DNA of 64,000 nucleotides from Octopus vulgaris (lineage: Eukaryota): NCBI GenBank assembly GCA_951406725.2, contig OX597827.1:75268001-75332000 (forward strand), given 5' to 3'. Below the pieces are notes generated by a model, which saw only the letters and a program-made list of their open reading frames with translations, was not told the origin of the DNA and did not search any database. The translations under genes and the position numbers were made by a program. Positions 13,062 to 26,231 of this stretch are shown in pieces (positions within the stretch are counted from its first letter, which is position 1; every line of letters begins with the position of its first letter).

Positions 13062-13259
13062 TGGATAGACTTGCAGTATTTCTTCTTTCACTCTTAGTGT
13101 TGCTGCTGTGTCTGTGAGCACGTTGGTTCGTTTAACACGTATGTGTGTTGCTGTGTTTCTGTATATGAGCATTATGTGTAGCGAACACACACACCCACCC
13201 ACACACAAACGTCTGCAATTGTATGAGTGTATATCTATGTATATCTGCAGTATGTATGT

Positions 13260-13261
13260 CA

Positions 13262-13326
<65 letters not shown>

Positions 13327-13327
13327 A

Positions 13328-13395
<68 letters not shown>

Positions 13396-13406
13396 TACAC
13401 ATGGGT

Positions 13407-13485
<79 letters not shown>

Positions 13486-13494
13486 TTATATTTT

Positions 13495-13571
<77 letters not shown>

Positions 13572-13580
13572 TACGTACAC
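13260..13580. repeat. (TA)n microsatellite cluster (further tracts at 13900-13985 and 14138-14250)
   Basis: Direct reading. Confidence 0.95.
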
Positions 13581-13897
13581 ACAGTAATAGAGTGCACAGT
13601 TGCAGAGTGTATGTGTGTGTGTATTATTTTTTTTGTTGCTATAATGTATAATTACATACGAAGCCATCAATTGAATGATCGTTCGGTTCATTTAATGTAC
13701 AGTATCATATTTTATTTTTGGGAAGAAAAAGATTGACAGTGACTTCGAAGTTTATGCTTGGTTGCCATTGTCAGACTGTAAAAGCAACTAAGTCAAAAAT
13801 TCAAGAGTCACATTTCTTATAGAAATCTTTCTCTCTCCTCTCTCTCTCTCTCTCTCTCCCCCTCTCTCTCTCCCCCTCTCCCCTCTATGTATGTATG

Positions 13898-13984
<87 letters not shown>

Positions 13985-14133
13985 ATGTACGTCTGTGTTC
14001 TTGTATCACCATCATTTTTCATTTTTATGTTCTATATATTTTCTATGGTATATATTTATTTATTTATTTTTTTTTTTTTCTTTGGGCAGGACTTTCACAA
14101 TGAGGAACCCTTTAAAATATATGCAATGCATGC

Positions 14134-14176
<43 letters not shown>

Positions 14177-14516
14177 ATGTCCTCGCGTTGTTGTGTTTTT
14201 TTGTGCTTTCTTGTTTGGATTAACTATATATATATATATATACATATATATACAGAGAGAGAGAGAGAGAGAGAAACAGAGAATTAGCACCTCCTTTTTT
14301 ATCAAACTAGATACTTGTGTTTGTATATATAGATATGTGCATGTAAGGATGTGTGTATTTGTGTGTTTGCATATTAATGTATGCATTGATATGCGAGTAT
14401 TTATAAATCGTTTGTAATTTTATTCACATCCAAAACGTGAACAACCAATCTTCCCTCTGACCTCTTATGGTTATATCTATGTTGAAGAATGGGAATGTCT
14501 ATATGTGCTCATATAT

Positions 14517-14696
14517 TAACGGGGAGCTGAAAAGTTTCTGGTTTTAAGGGACTATGAAAGGCCTGGCTAGGGGTCCAACCTTCCAAATTTTTTTACAGGG
14601 CTTAGAAAAAATATTGAAAGACTGCTGCAATAAGTGCTTGAATCTAGGAAGGGACTATGCGGAATGAAATCTACCCAAAGCCAACACTCCCTCATA
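14517..14696 (+). mobile_element. Mariner-derived MITE
   Basis: Mariner-like end ggggagctgaaaagtttc. The interior reads FFTGL..KDCCNKCLNLGRDYAE* (with a frameshift), resembling a mariner transposase C-terminus. Confidence 0.6.
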
Positions 14697-15202
14697 TATG
14701 TATTACTACATACATATGCACACACACACACATACACACACCACAAACACAATTACAAATACATAAACAAACACACACATACAAATACACACACACACAC
14801 ACACACTTTGCTTCTCAACCACCTAGTTTTGTATTCAGTCTGACTGTGTGGTACCACAAGTAAATGTTTTCCAATGAAAGTCTTGTGAGGGGATTTGATG
14901 GATGGAATCTGAAAGGAACCTATTTTACATATGTGTGTGCTTGGGTGTTTTGCTGTCTCCTTGCCTTGACATCATGTGATAGTCGTAAACGAGTATCACT
15001 GTCACGCAAGCAGTGTGCCTCATTCCTAATCTTCCATGAAAACATGTCTGGTCAATATTACTTCACTTGCAGGCAATGAGCTGGCAGAATCATTAGCACA
15101 TAGGACAAAATGCTCAACTACATTTCATCTTTCTTTACATTCTGAGTTCAAATTCCACCCAGATCAACCCTGCTTTTCATCCTTTCATGAAAAATTGTTA
15201 AG

Positions 15203-15354
15203 GGCTGTGTGGTAAGTAGCTTGCTAACCAGCCACATGGTTCCAGATTCAGTCCCACTGCGTGGCATCTTGGGCAAGTGTCTTCTGCTATAGCCTCGGGC
15301 TGACCAATGCCTTGTGAGTGGATTTGGTAGACGGAAACTGAAAGAAGCCTGTCG

Positions 15355-15387
<33 letters not shown>

Positions 15388-15602
15388 TTATGTGTGTGTA
15401 TATGTTTGTGTGTCTGTCTTTGTCCCCCTAGTATTGCTTGACAACCGATGCTGGTGTGTTTACGTCCCCGTCACTTAGCGGTTCGGCAAAAGAGACCAAT
15501 AGAATAAGTACTGGGCTTACAAAGAATAAGTCCCGGGGTCGATTTGCTCGACTAAAGGCGGTGCTCCAGCATGGCCGCAGTCAAATGACTGAAACAAGTA
15601 AA
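15203..15602 (+). mobile_element. Family B SINE, young and CpG-rich
   Basis: Near-identical to the reverse complement of 3421-3822. Confidence 0.88.
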
Positions 15603-15699
15603 AGAGAGAGAAAAAGTATATAAAGATATTTTTCTCAACATAAAACCAATGGTAGCCTTAATACACGAATAAAGAATTTTCATTTACCAGCATGGTATT

Positions 15700-15960
15700 G
15701 AGCACGCATTCTCATTGTTTGCCCCTTCTTCTTAGCTCTCCTGTGTGACCCTTCTGTCCAGCATTCGCCAAAATAGATCGCTAGCCACTACACATTCTTT
15801 ATTTTCTCTCTTTGTTGCTTTCTGTGGAAGAGCGTAGGCTCGAAACGTTAAACACTTTTTCACTTCCCGAGCATTAAACTAGTACATCTGTTTGTTGTCT
15901 ACACCACCTGTCTTTGTTTTTTGTGAATTCTCCACCTTTATGTGTGTATATAAATATATA
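15700..15960 (+). mobile_element. Family P1 element with hammerhead-like motif at 15819-15852
   Basis: ttt-CTGTGGA-A-GAGC-gtag-GCTC-GAAA-CGTT-aaa, then the shared 3' block, ending in (TG)(TA)n. Confidence 0.6.
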
Positions 15961-15969
15961 TATATATAC

Positions 15970-16006
<37 letters not shown>

Positions 16007-16046
16007 AGTGTGTGTGTATGTATGTATGTATGTATGTATATATATA

Positions 16047-16262
16047 TCATCATGATCATCATCATTGTTTAACATCCGCTTTCCATGCTGGCATGGGTTG
16101 GACAGTTTGACTGAAGACTGGTGATCCAGATGGCTGCACCAATCTGATCTGGCAGTGTTTCTACAGCTGGATGCCCTTCCTAATGCCAACCACTCCGAGA
16201 GTGTAGTGGGTACTTTTACGTCCCACCGGTACGAGGGCCAGGCAGTACTGTCGATGGCCATG
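16047..16262 (-). mobile_element. Family A (RTE 3' end)
   Basis: (CAT)n tail followed by the conserved UTR. Confidence 0.78.
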
Positions 16263-16319
16263 ATATATATATATATATGAGTCACCATGCTTGGCTATTA
16301 AATCCAGAAGTTTTTTACT

Positions 16320-16470
16320 CTCTCTCTGTTTATTTTCTCTTATTCCTTTCTGTTGAAGAGCATAAGCTCGAAACATAAAAGACTTTATCACTTTCCTGAG
16401 CTTCAAAGTAATACACCTGCTTGTTGCTCATACACCTATCTTTGTCATGTTTTTCTGTAAATTTCAACTA
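16320..16470 (+). mobile_element. Family P1 element with hammerhead-like motif at 16346-16381
   Basis: cttt-CTGTTGA-A-GAGC-ataa-GCTC-GAAA-CATA-aaag, then the shared 3' block. Confidence 0.55.
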
Positions 16471-17109
16471 CACACACACACGCACACACACACTCACGTG
16501 TTTCCACAAAGAGCGATGACCAGGTATGTCATTCAGCATCCTCAACGTTAACAGTAACATTCAAATATGGTAGCAGATGGTCACAAGCCTCCTCCTCCCA
16601 GCTTTGTCAATCATGGTTCTATGATTGGCTTATTAGCACTGATCAATGGTTCGAATGCAAACAGCACTAGCATAGCTAGAGGAGGCAGAGGGAGCAGCCC
16701 GCTCCACGTGACATTTTGATGGAGTGGTACAACTTTTGGGTCTGCTGTAGGCAATACGTACTTTTTGTGGGGGCCCAGGATCGCAAACTGAAGGGCCACC
16801 CTGGATGGCACACACTCTAGCTACACTAGTGGAAAATAGCCAGAAAAGATATTGCAAGGCTTCCTGTCTAATCCCTTAACAATTCCACCAACCCACCATC
16901 CTGGCCTGGTAATTTGCTTGTTGACCCAAAACGAAGAAAGGCACAATTGACTTTGGTAGGATTTGAACTCAGAGCCAAGAGAGTTAGAACAAATATAGAA
17001 AGGCATTTTGTCTGTAGCCCTGAGGACTCTGCCGTCGTGTCAGTTCTGTAAGTATGAATGCACAAACATCAATCTAAGTATACATCTAAGCATTTGTATG
17101 AAAGCGTAT

Positions 17110-17523
17110 AATCATCACCATCATCATCACCACCAACATCAGCTCCGTCATCATCATCATCTTCATCATCATCATAATCTTCACCATCATCATCATCACC
17201 ACCACCACCACCATCGTTTCCATCACCATCATCATCATACTCATCATCATCATCATCATCATCACCATCATCATGTGCGTCATCGTCATCATCATCATCA
17301 TCCAGAGCAGAAGCAGCATCATCACCAGCACTACCGCCTCTCCTACAACCACTTTACCCTCAGTGTTGTCGACATCATAGCAATCGTCGTCATCATCATC
17401 ACCATCATCATCACCATCCTTATCGTCATCATCATCATCATCATCATCATCATCACAACTATCACAACCATCAACCACCATCACTACTACTATCTTACTC
17501 CACTTCTTCCTCCTTTGCCTCAC

Positions 17524-17556
<33 letters not shown>

Positions 17557-17560
17557 AGTC
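17110..17560. repeat. (CAT/CAC)n tract
   Basis: Direct reading. It is the source of the poly-His and poly-Met ORFs. Confidence 0.95.
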
Positions 17561-17744
17561 ATCTCCAGTATCCTCTTGCCTTAAGTTCTACTTCTCCCTT
17601 ATGTGTTAATATAGACTGGACAGATATTCCTCAGTCCGCTGTGTTGTTGCCACTCTGCTCTGATCCTTCATTATCTTGTCTCTAGCTCCCAACATCTTGC
17701 CAGCTGACCTCACTCCCTTCTTCTCCTGTTTTACAAACACCCAT

Positions 17745-17778
17745 ATGTGTGTGCACACACACACACACACACACCCAA

Positions 17779-17810
<32 letters not shown>

Positions 17811-17988
17811 GCATACACATACACATATATATATATATGTGTGTGTGTATATATGTTTATATATATGTAAATATATATGCTTATATACATTTATATTATA
17901 TATATATATATATATATATATGTTTTGTGTGTGTATGTATATATTATATATATATATGTATATGTGTTTGTGTGTGTATGTATGTATG

Positions 17989-18060
<72 letters not shown>

Positions 18061-18160
18061 ATGTATATACATAGTGTATTGTGTGTGATGTGTGTGTGTG
18101 TGTATTTATACATATGTGCGTCTCTATGTGTGGGTGTGTATGTGTATACACACAACACAC
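17745..18160. repeat. (CA)n/(TA)n/(TG)n compound microsatellite
   Basis: Direct reading. Confidence 0.95.
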
Positions 18161-18439
18161 AAATACATGTTTATGTTCTTAAATGTTCACATGCATACAC
18201 GCACAAACATATACAACATGTGTAAATGTATACAGATGATAACCTGACAGTCTATATCAAATATGTATTCTGTAGACAAATAGCTTGATTGTAGAAGAGG
18301 GGGAGAAGGGAGAAAGTAGTAGATACAAAAGGTTGTACTTGAAGTCAGCTACACAGAGGGGACTTTGTTTGTAAATTCCATCCCCACCTGCACAAACAAG
18401 TTCTGGGAATATTGGTATTTGTTGGAGCGGGGCTATGGC

Positions 18440-19170
18440 CAGCTTCAGTTACTATAGTAACCTCTAGATTTGCTTTGATGCAATATTGACTCTTAACCTG
18501 CTTTGGTGCTATAGCGACCTCTGGAGCTGGTTTGGTGCTACATTGACCTCTGGAGCTGGTTTGGTGCTATGTTGACCTCTGGAGCTGGTTTGGTGCTGTA
18601 TTGACCTCTGGAGCTGGTTTGGTGCTATGTTGACCTCTGGAGCTGGTTTGGAGCTATATTGACCTCTGGAGCTGGTTTGGTGCAATATTGACCTCTGGAG
18701 CTGGTTTGGTGCTATATTGACCTCTGGAGCTGGTTTGGTGCTATATTGACCTCTGGAGCTGGTTTGGTGCTATATTGACCTCTGGAGCTGGTTTGGTGCT
18801 GTATTGACCTCTGGAGCTGGTTTGGTGCTATATTGACCTCTGGAGCTGGTTTGGTGCTATATTGATCTGAAGAGCATGTTTGGTGCTATATCTGACCTTT
18901 TAGTTTATTTGGTACCATGCTTGACCACTAAACATGCATAGGTATCATACCTGACCACTAAACTCATTCTGATGTCATGTTTGACCTTCAAGTTATTTTG
19001 GTGTAATATCTGACCTATGGGCTTGTTTGATAGCACCATTGACCTCAGGACTTATTTTGGTAATATATGATACTATTTTTGACTCCTTGATTGGGTTTGG
19101 TACTATGAATTATCTGCTAGTATGGTTTTATGGTATATTTGACCATTTTGTTAGTTTAGTACCATGTCAG
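18440..19170. repeat. 29-bp minisatellite (ttgacctctggagctggtttggtgctata) with diverged ~30-bp flanking units
   Basis: Near-perfect units start at 18543, 18572, 18601 and continue to 18833. Degenerate tgacc-anchored units follow at 18891, 18921, 18951, 18981 and 19011. Confidence 0.95.
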
Positions 19171-19231
19171 ATCTTTCTCTGGTTTAGGAAAATGTCTGGC
19201 ATCCAGGATACTTTGGTTCCTAGTCAAGGCT

Positions 19232-19294
<63 letters not shown>

Positions 19295-19329
19295 ACTATT
19301 TGAAAAAGATGGTGCTAGCAATAATCATA

Positions 19330-19620
19330 ATGGTGGGGATGTGGATGATGATGATGATGATGATGGTGATGTGGATGATGACGTAATTTTTTTTGTTTTG
19401 TCAAGTTACCAAGAATTTGTTTTATTATTTTGTCTGTATAATATTGAACATCATCATCATCACCATCACCACCACTGCCCTCATCATTATCATCATCATC
19501 ATCATTATAATCATCACCAACAGCAGCAGCAGCACCAATAACAACAACAACATTGACAACAAAGCAACAACAGTAGCAGAACCACAACCACCACCACAAC
19601 AACAACAACAACAACATGCA
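19330..19620. repeat. (GAT)/(CAT)/(CAA)/(CAG) trinucleotide tracts
   Basis: Direct reading. Confidence 0.9.
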
Positions 19621-20114
19621 ATAATTTTTTCTCTCCTGTGTCTAAATGAAACGCCCATGTCCGTTTTCATTCTATCAATTAGTTCTCAACATAAGAGGGC
19701 AACTTGCCAAAATTTCAACCACAGAATCATCGAACAGCCCATACACTGGTGGAATATGAACTAGTTTTGAGTATATATTTACATAGGTCCGGATATGTGT
19801 GTGTGTGTATATCACAGTATATCATTTTAAATATATATATGTATATATATTGTATCTTTGATCTTTTACTTGTTTCAATAAATTGACCCTGCTACTTACT
19901 TTTAAGCCCGGTTCTTATTCTATTGTTGCTTTTGCCAAAATGCTATGCTATGGGGATGTAAAGGAACCAACACCCATGGTCAAGTGGTGGTGGTGGTGGT
20001 AATAGTGATGGTGGTTGTCATGGAGTGGACAAATGCAAGCACAAAGACACACACACATCTATATGCATACACACACACATACACACACACACACACACAC
20101 ATATATATGTATGT

Positions 20115-20720
20115 TGACCTGGGAAGGCATGGGACGAGGTAGTGATGCATGATCTTCAAACTTTGGGCCTCACAGAGGCAATGACTAGTGACCGAGACCT
20201 TTGGCGAAATGCTGTTCTTGAGAAGACTTGAAAAGCCAAGTGAAATCGTAGTCATGGTTGATGCTGGAGTCACATAACTGACAACCATGCTGGTGGCACG
20301 TAAAAAGCACCATTCAAGCATTGGGCCTCACAGAGGCAAAGTGGCCAATGTCAGTGGCACATGGAAGGCACCTTATGAGTGTTGGGCCTTATAGAGGTAA
20401 TGACTGAGAGATGAATGACTGAGACTTTTGGCATCATGTCATGCTTGAGAAGAAGACCTATCAAACCAACTAGAATCATGGCCGTGGCAGATACCAGTGT
20501 CACGCAAATGGCACTTGTGCCAGTGACATGTAAAAGCACCAATTACACTCTCAGAGTGGTCGGCATTAGGAAGGGCACCCAGCTATAGAAACCATGCCAA
20601 ATCAGACTGGAGACTGGAGTCTGGTGCAGCCTTCCAGCTTGCCAGCTCTGGTCAAACCATCCAACCCATGCCAGCATGGACAACGAAGATTAAATGATGA
20701 TGTTGATGATGATGATGATA
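20115..20720 (+). mobile_element. RTE-clade LINE 3' end: ORF C-terminus, 3'UTR and (GAT)n tail
   Basis: 20118-20231 translates PGKAWDEVVMHDLQTLGLTEAMTSDRDLWRNAVLEKT*, matching the RTE 'GRP..TW...V..D....DR..W' terminus. It continues directly into the family A UTR. Confidence 0.88.
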
Positions 20721-20769
20721 TATATATATATGGATGGACAGACGGATTGACGGATAGACGGATGGACGG

Positions 20770-21070
20770 ACAGACACACACACACACGCACGCAAAGACA
20801 TGCACACAACCATGCATGCATGCACACATGCACCCACACACATGTGCACATGCACTCACATACACACATGCACACACCCATGCATGCATACATGCAGGCG
20901 CTCTCACACACACATGCATGCACAAACACACACATGCACACACCCATGTACTCACACACATGCACTCACACACATACATACATGCACATATGCACACACA
21001 TGCATGCACATGCACACACACACACATACACACACATGCACACACACACACACACATACATAATTCACAT
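20770..21070. repeat. (CA)n/CATGCA degenerate microsatellite
   Basis: Direct reading. Confidence 0.9.
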
Positions 21071-21597
21071 ACATATCGTTCTCATCATTTGACATCCATC
21101 TGTCCTGTGACATGGGATGGACACCTCAACACAATATGACCCAGAAAATAGAAACCTAATGTTTGTTTTGGCCTAGTTGCTACGGCTGAATGCTCTTCCT
21201 AATGCCAACCACTTTACAAATGTACTGAGTGCTTCATTTACAGCATCAACACCAGTAGATTCATCAAGTAATTTGCTAAATGAAACAAAAGAAGCCTAAT
21301 CAACGAAGTGGAGATGTAACAGAGTGGGAGGTGTCTTGGTGTCAGGCATTGAGAAGCTAAAGTATGATAGAGGAGTGAAAGACGATGGGAACAGGTGTCT
21401 TGCTGTAGATGAGATAATGGCTACCCAGCATTACATAAGGGTGAGTGAAAGTAACAAGAAAGGAAGACGAAAATGAAAGTGATAAGGTATCAGGACCTAC
21501 CCATAAGGGGTGGGGGGATCTTCTACTGTCAGCTTAAATACTGTGAAAATACAGGAAAGCTCCAGCCTTGTAAGCCTGTAGACTTGAGGTAAGTTCT

Positions 21598-21631
<34 letters not shown>

Positions 21632-21650
21632 ATACATACATACATACATA

Positions 21651-21808
21651 CATCATCATCATCATTTAACGTCTATTATCCATGCTGGCATGAGTTGGAT
21701 GGTTTGATTAGGGCTGGTAAGCTGAGGGGCTGCACCAGACTCCAGTCTGATTTGGCATGATTTCTATGGCTGGAGGCCCTTCCTAGCACCAACCACTCCA
21801 AGGGTGTA
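21651..21808 (-). mobile_element. Family A (RTE 3' end), short copy
   Basis: (CAT)n followed by ccatgctggcatgagttgg...cccttccta. Confidence 0.72.
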
Positions 21809-22249
21809 AAACAAACTTATAAAACAGTGTTTTGGGGTGTATGCCTTTAAATCATCCATTCAATAAAGAATAAAAAAATGGCAAAATAAGTAACAAACTA
21901 AAATAAGGACTAGCATCAATATGACTGATTAAAAACCCTTAAAGGTGGTGCTCCAGCATGGCCACAGTCCAATGACTAAAACTAGAGAAAGAATAGAATA
22001 AAAAGAGTAATGAGAATCACAAGAGTCTCTACATAAGTTCTTTAACCATCTAGGAAGATGGATCAAGTCTTACCACCAGAACTTTCTTGTGTATTTTGAT
22101 TACACTTTTGATTCTATGTACCAAATGTCAAGATGTACCAGCTTGTATGACATGACCAAAGGAGAACACTCACCTACTTTTTCTCAGAGCCTGTGAAACT
22201 GGTGAGAAGAGTTGGAAGTTACCCACCAACTGGAGAACTAGCTGAATAT

Positions 22250-22530
22250 AATAATGATAATGAAATTATTGTATACAGTGCTCAGGTGCACCACAAATTG
22301 TCAGAAAGTGCGTATAGAGTATATGCAGTAATGTACAAATGTCTGGAAAGTGAACAATGCATGAGTCAGATACATGCTTGTGTGTGTATGGAGGGGAGAA
22401 AATCAGGTGTAGTGTTGGTGAATCTCAGAAAGCATAGAAGTTTTGAAGGATGCAGTGCTCCGACAACTAACAACTGATGCCAGCAGTTTGTTCCATGCTT
22501 CAGCAACTCTCAGCGTGAAAAAATGTTTCC
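22250..22530 (-). mobile_element. CR1-clade LINE 3' end
   Basis: The minus strand reads RKHFFTLRVAEAWNKL (CR1 'FFS.RV...WN.LP' motif), followed by a UTR and an (ATT)n-like tail. The same terminus recurs at ~5330-5390. Confidence 0.8.
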
Positions 22531-22923
22531 TATCTTGGATCTTAGGTTCTACTTGATCACAGTTGGCCTTGGACTAAACGCTAACAGGACTAAACATTAA
22601 CAGGGCTAAACACTAACAGTGACTAAATAGAAGCTAAACATTAACACTAAAAAAAAAAAAAAAACAAACAAGGAAGCTTGTGTACAAATCCCTTAATCTG
22701 CTAAACCAGTGGCCTAATGGACCCTTCTCTATCAATTCCTAAAGCCTAGAAGAACTTAATCCAACTATGAAACTTACCTGACTATTGTTTCAAGTGTGAA
22801 CACTACATACACAAAATGCAGACCCAGTAAGACATAAACCAATGAAGGGAGCTATGCCAATCAACATACTAAACAGTTAAAATCTCTCCTCAAACAAATT
22901 CTTGTTACCTTATTTGCTGGAAT

Positions 22924-23210
22924 GAAGGCTCATGGCTTAGTGATTGGGATGTTCGGCTCATGATCGTAAGGACATGAGTTCAATTCCTGGCAACATGTCA
23001 TGTCCTTCAGCAAGACACTATATTTCACATTACTCCAGTCCACTCAGCTGGCAGGAATGAGTTGCACATGTAATTCAATGGGCCAACCTGGTTACATTCT
23101 GTGTCAGACTGAATCTCCCTGAGAACTACACATGTCTGTGGAGTGCTCAGACACCTGCACATTAATTTCACAAACAGCTGTTCCATTGATTGCATCAACA
23201 GAATTGGATC
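22924..23210 (+). mobile_element. tRNA-derived CORE-like SINE family E
   Basis: gaaggc..tggcttagtg (A box), gagttcaattcc (B box), tgtcctt.agcaagacact (CORE-like) and tail ctgtggagtgctcag. Confidence 0.8.
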
Positions 23211-23996
23211 AAGTAAGACAGTCTTAAACCCATATATACCCCTGATTGCATTTTCATAACGCAAAACCTGCTCTTACTTGAATTCACTGGGAAACATCTG
23301 ACTGAGCCTAAGAAATGTTCAGTAGTCGACACCCATAGCTAACAGTTGCCTACTCTCCTTCTCTTCCAGATTGTGAAAGCTTACCAGAACATTTAATCTA
23401 AATACAGTGAAATTTTAAGACTTCATTTTTTTATGGACATATATAGCTTAAGAGATTTATCTTCATTCTATACAGGGTGGTTGTCAAACTGGCCACCAGT
23501 AGAATGTTTAGGGCCCATCATTGCTGTTATCATCAATCTCATCAATATTATCAACATCAATCATACTAATGAAACCAATGAGAGAGCCTTCATGTGTCCA
23601 TTTGCCTGTTGGAAATAGCGACCAAATTTCCTCAAATCACATGCTACTCTGTTTTAGAAAACAAGAACACATTAGAAATCAAGAACCCATGCAGGTCTGT
23701 GTCCACAGGAAAATCATGGTCCATTGCTAGATTTCCTTCGATCACAAGTTTGCTTGATCAAGAGAGATCTAAGGTCAAACAACAATGTCCAAATATCTTT
23801 TACTTTTACCTCAGGGCAGGGAAGTTTGGGAGATGGAAACTTGAGAAGAGTTTTGTGTAAACACACACACACACACACACACACACACCACTTCTTATTA
23901 AACTTTATTTTTATCCTCTATTTTTATTCTTATATACTTTAATTCATTATTATTATTATTATTATATTTAAATAAAAATAAAAATATTAACGCACG

Positions 23997-24027
<31 letters not shown>

Positions 24028-24894
24028 AGACATGCTTTCATCTGCTTAATCTGTTGGAGTATTTCAACTGGTCAAAATGTAAACTCTGTAAAGTCCATTT
24101 TACTCTGATGATACTCAAAATGCAAACTTATATTATTAGATATGTTTCATAATTTAAATTGAGCGTGAAGTGAAACAATTGCAGGCAATGTTAATTAATT
24201 AATAAATTCATTTATATCCATTGAATATATATATATATATTCTCATTAGCCACAATGGCAACCTGTCATCCATGCTCCTAGTTTATTAATTGCTCACTAT
24301 ACTTAGCAGTCTGGAACATTTGGTACTCGAGGTTATTAATTTAAATTCCATTAAAGAATTCTTGATCCACTTTTCTGGTCTTCCCACTCTGCCACTTTCA
24401 GTTTATTACTATTATAATAATACACACTAACACACACACACACATTAAGTTTCACAAACAAGTGAAAAAGTCCACAATACATGTTGTTTCACGTTTTCCC
24501 CCTTTTTTCATTTGTTGAGTTTGAGGAGGGGGCTCAGTGCCCATGAGCTTGCAAGCCATCAGATTCCACTGAACTTGACACTTAATTTTCTGTTTAAACT
24601 GTTGTGCCAACACCTACAGAAAAGACATGAGCTGGCAGATTCCTGAGGGCCAAGGACTGAGCATGGTAGTTAGTGCAGGGTCCCAGTGTGGTTGGATGCA
24701 GTAAGTTGATGAAAGGTAGTGAGATGAGTTAGCTGAGGATGCTAGAATGGTGGAAACATGCGACCAACAAGCTCTAAGGAACAGAGCTCATTATAGTAGC
24801 AATAAACAAACCAGAGAGAGAGAGAGAGAGAGAAGACAGCACACCAGTGGGCCAGAGGGATGTGACTAAACCCCATTTAGTTGAGAGACCCTTC

Positions 24895-25015
24895 ACTGTT
24901 GGTCTTTTTTGCTGAACTGCTAAGTTACGAGGACATAAACACACCAACATCGGTTGTCAAGCAATGGTAGAGGGACAAACATATACATATGCACACACAC
25001 ACTTACACACACACG

Positions 25016-25046
<31 letters not shown>

Positions 25047-25220
25047 GTATGTATGTGTATAAATTATACAACAGGCTTCTTTCAGTTTCCGTCTACCAAA
25101 TCCACTCACAAGGTTTTGGTCAGCCCGAGACTATAGTAGAAGACACTTGCCCAAGGTGCCATGCAGCGGGACTGAACCCAGAACCATGTGGTTGGTAAGC
25201 AAGCTACTTATCACACAGCT
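24895..25220 (-). mobile_element. Family B SINE
   Basis: Matches 3530-3810. Confidence 0.82.
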
Positions 25221-25587
25221 ACTTGGCTCTGAAGGGACACTGAATTAATTACTGGGGCCCACCATGCCACTCTTATTCCTCCCAGATGCTGTGAATCGCT
25301 GTTGGAAGCCTATAACTAATGGTACTTTTGTCCACCATTTGTAATAAAATTAAAAAAACATAGAAAATTTATCACAAAGCCTTCTCCACTCCTAGATCAA
25401 TTACATTCAATTACATTGTCATTCAGGAACCCAGTTAAGCTGTGATTATTGTTTGCTCTGAAAATTTCACATATGTTAGAAACACCATATGTTCTCTTTT
25501 TGTTATTAATATTGTTTTTATATCATAATTTTCTGTTTTTGTTGTTCTAGAATATAGTTTCACTCTGTTTTGTCATTGCTTGTTTGC

Positions 25588-25746
25588 TGGCGCAGGAGTA
25601 GCTGTGTGGTAAGCAGCTTGTTTCCCAACCACATGGTTCCAGGTTCAGTTCCCCTGCATGGCACCAGGGGCAAGTGTCTTCTGCACTGGCCTTGGGTCAA
25701 CCAAAACCTTGTGAGTGGATTTGATCAACAGAAACTGAAAGTAGCC

Positions 25747-25805
<59 letters not shown>

Positions 25806-25970
25806 TGTCTGTCTGTCTGTCTTTGTCCCCACCACTGCTTGATAACTGATATTGGTTTGTTTATGTTCCTGTATCTTAGCAATTTGGTAAAAGAGACCAA
25901 AACAATAAGTATTGGAGTTGATTCATTTGACTCAAAAATTCTTCAGGTTGGTGCTCCAGCATGGCTACAG
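25588..25970 (+). mobile_element. Family B SINE, diverged, with internal (TG)n
   Basis: ggcgcaggagtagctgtgtggtaag...gctccagcatggc. Confidence 0.8.
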
Positions 25971-26017
25971 TGTCACCCTGACTTTCACAGCCCCACCCAC
26001 AAGACCAGTGAGATCAC

Positions 26018-26231
26018 CCCTTTAGCATTCAGATTACTCTCTCAAATGTTAGGCTTATTTATCCACATTATTTTGAATTCCTTGTGCATTATCTTGTAAC
26101 TTCAAGATTTTGATAATGTGAGTATTTGTTTTTACAATGATTTTCTGGGGTAGGTGAGAGACCCTGGGTCTGGCCAGTTTGAACATAAAACAGGTAGAAT
26201 ATTTTGGCCGTATCTGGGCAAAGGTTTAAAT
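26018..26231. mobile_element. piggyBac-type MITE, truncated (same family as 48000)
   Basis: ccctttagcattcagattactct...aaaacaggtagaatattttggccg. Confidence 0.7.

Noticed and set aside
17008-17685. 225-aa His-rich ORF (and other poly-Y/I, H/T, R/E ORFs in the track)
   Set aside because: These are microsatellite artefacts.
18543-18870. CRISPR-like array
   Set aside because: The units are head-to-tail with no unique spacers, there are no cas genes, and the context is eukaryotic.
22174-22241. Minus-strand exon with TAG|GTGAGT donor
   Set aside because: The acceptor context is largely supplied by the CR1 tail and there is no supporting frame evidence. It remains possible but unsupported.
22570-22650. 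16-bp ctaaac.ctaacagg repeats resembling telomeric or branch-point arrays
   Set aside because: A short degenerate local tandem, not TTAGGG, with no adjacent acceptor.
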